Shown here: in pieces, positions 63,710-64,000 of the stretch
Layout of the letters: each line of letters opens with the position of its first letter
Numbering within the stretch: the stretch's first letter is position 1
NCBI GenBank assembly: GCA_031416075.1
Contig: JANOSY010000031.1
Coordinates: 19,138 to 83,137, forward strand
From: Candidatus Tenderia sp.
GTDB lineage: Bacteria; Pseudomonadota; Gammaproteobacteria; Tenderiales; Tenderiaceae
Reading direction: 5' to 3'
Length of the DNA: 64,000 nucleotides
Made by a program: the position numbers and the translations under genes
Notes under the pieces: model-generated
Databases searched by the model: none
Told to the model about the DNA's origin: nothing
The model's input: the letters and a program-made list of their open reading frames with translations, nothing else

Positions 63710-64000
63710 ATGCACCACAATATTTCTGATGATTTATCTGCCACATTAAAACGTGTGCCACTGTTTGCGGCCCTGGATGATGATGAGCTGGAGGCTGTTC
63801 GCCCCCATATTGTGACGCGAAGTTATGCCAAAAACAGTGTCTTGATCACTGAGGGTGATGTCACGGACTCGCTCTATATCATTTTAAAAGGCAAAGTCAA
63901 AGTCTACCTGAGCGATGACCGCGGCAGAGAGGTTATCCTGAGCCAGCAGGTACCAGGGGAATATTTTGGTGAACTGGCTCTGATTGACGACGCCGAACGC
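63710..64000 (+). CDS. Cyclic-nucleotide-binding domain protein (Crp/Fnr-like), 5' part; continues beyond window
   Basis: ATG 63710 behind an AAAGGA SD. LKRVPLFAALDDDELEAVRPHI...GEYFGELALIDD is a typical cNMP-binding domain. Divergent from the cyclase. Confidence 0.8.
   Translation, partial: MHHNISDDLSATLKRVPLFAALDDDELEAVRPHIVTRSYAKNSVLITEGDVTDSLYIILKGKVKVYLSDDRGREVILSQQVPGEYFGELALIDDAER

Overview
About 64 kb of a proteobacterial (gamma-type) chromosome, roughly 55% GC and densely coding, mostly on the minus strand. Most of it is conserved housekeeping: radA; tRNA-Pro; the thrS-infC-rpmI-rplT-pheS-pheT-ihfA-merR block; tRNA-Val; glgX; aminotransferase-hom-thrC; prfB-lysS with the classic +1 frameshift; MTAP-type phosphorylase, chrA, hpt, cytochrome c peroxidase and nagZ; and pyrG-kdsA-eno-ftsB-ispD-ispF-truD and efp. 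A large Zur-controlled zinc-uptake region holds znuA and divergent zur-znuC-znuB, followed by a second SBP/permease pair, an outer-membrane barrel and a small Cys/His protein. Cis-elements readable by eye are a perfect Zur-box palindrome, a yybP-ykoY Mn riboswitch ahead of a GDT1/UPF0016 exporter, MarR operator palindromes, several rho-independent terminators and a GTAG-headed REP/REPIN repeat family. The most interesting region is a ~2 kb block of about 40% GC at 45.6-47.6 kb. It is wedged inside a peptide-ABC/L,D-transpeptidase/nagZ operon and encodes an AAA_15/21-type ABC ATPase translationally coupled to a 187-aa protein with a PD-(D/E)xK-like motif. I read it as a candidate uncharacterised two-gene anti-phage defence module. 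Other accessory or decaying items are a REP-bracketed Fic gene, a stand-alone DUF4157 (eCIS-associated zincin) protein with a 48-bp tandem repeat, an internally deleted mscS remnant, and a frameshifted earP remnant beside an Arg32-type EF-P. All calls come from reading the sequence and the ORF track; no database search was run.
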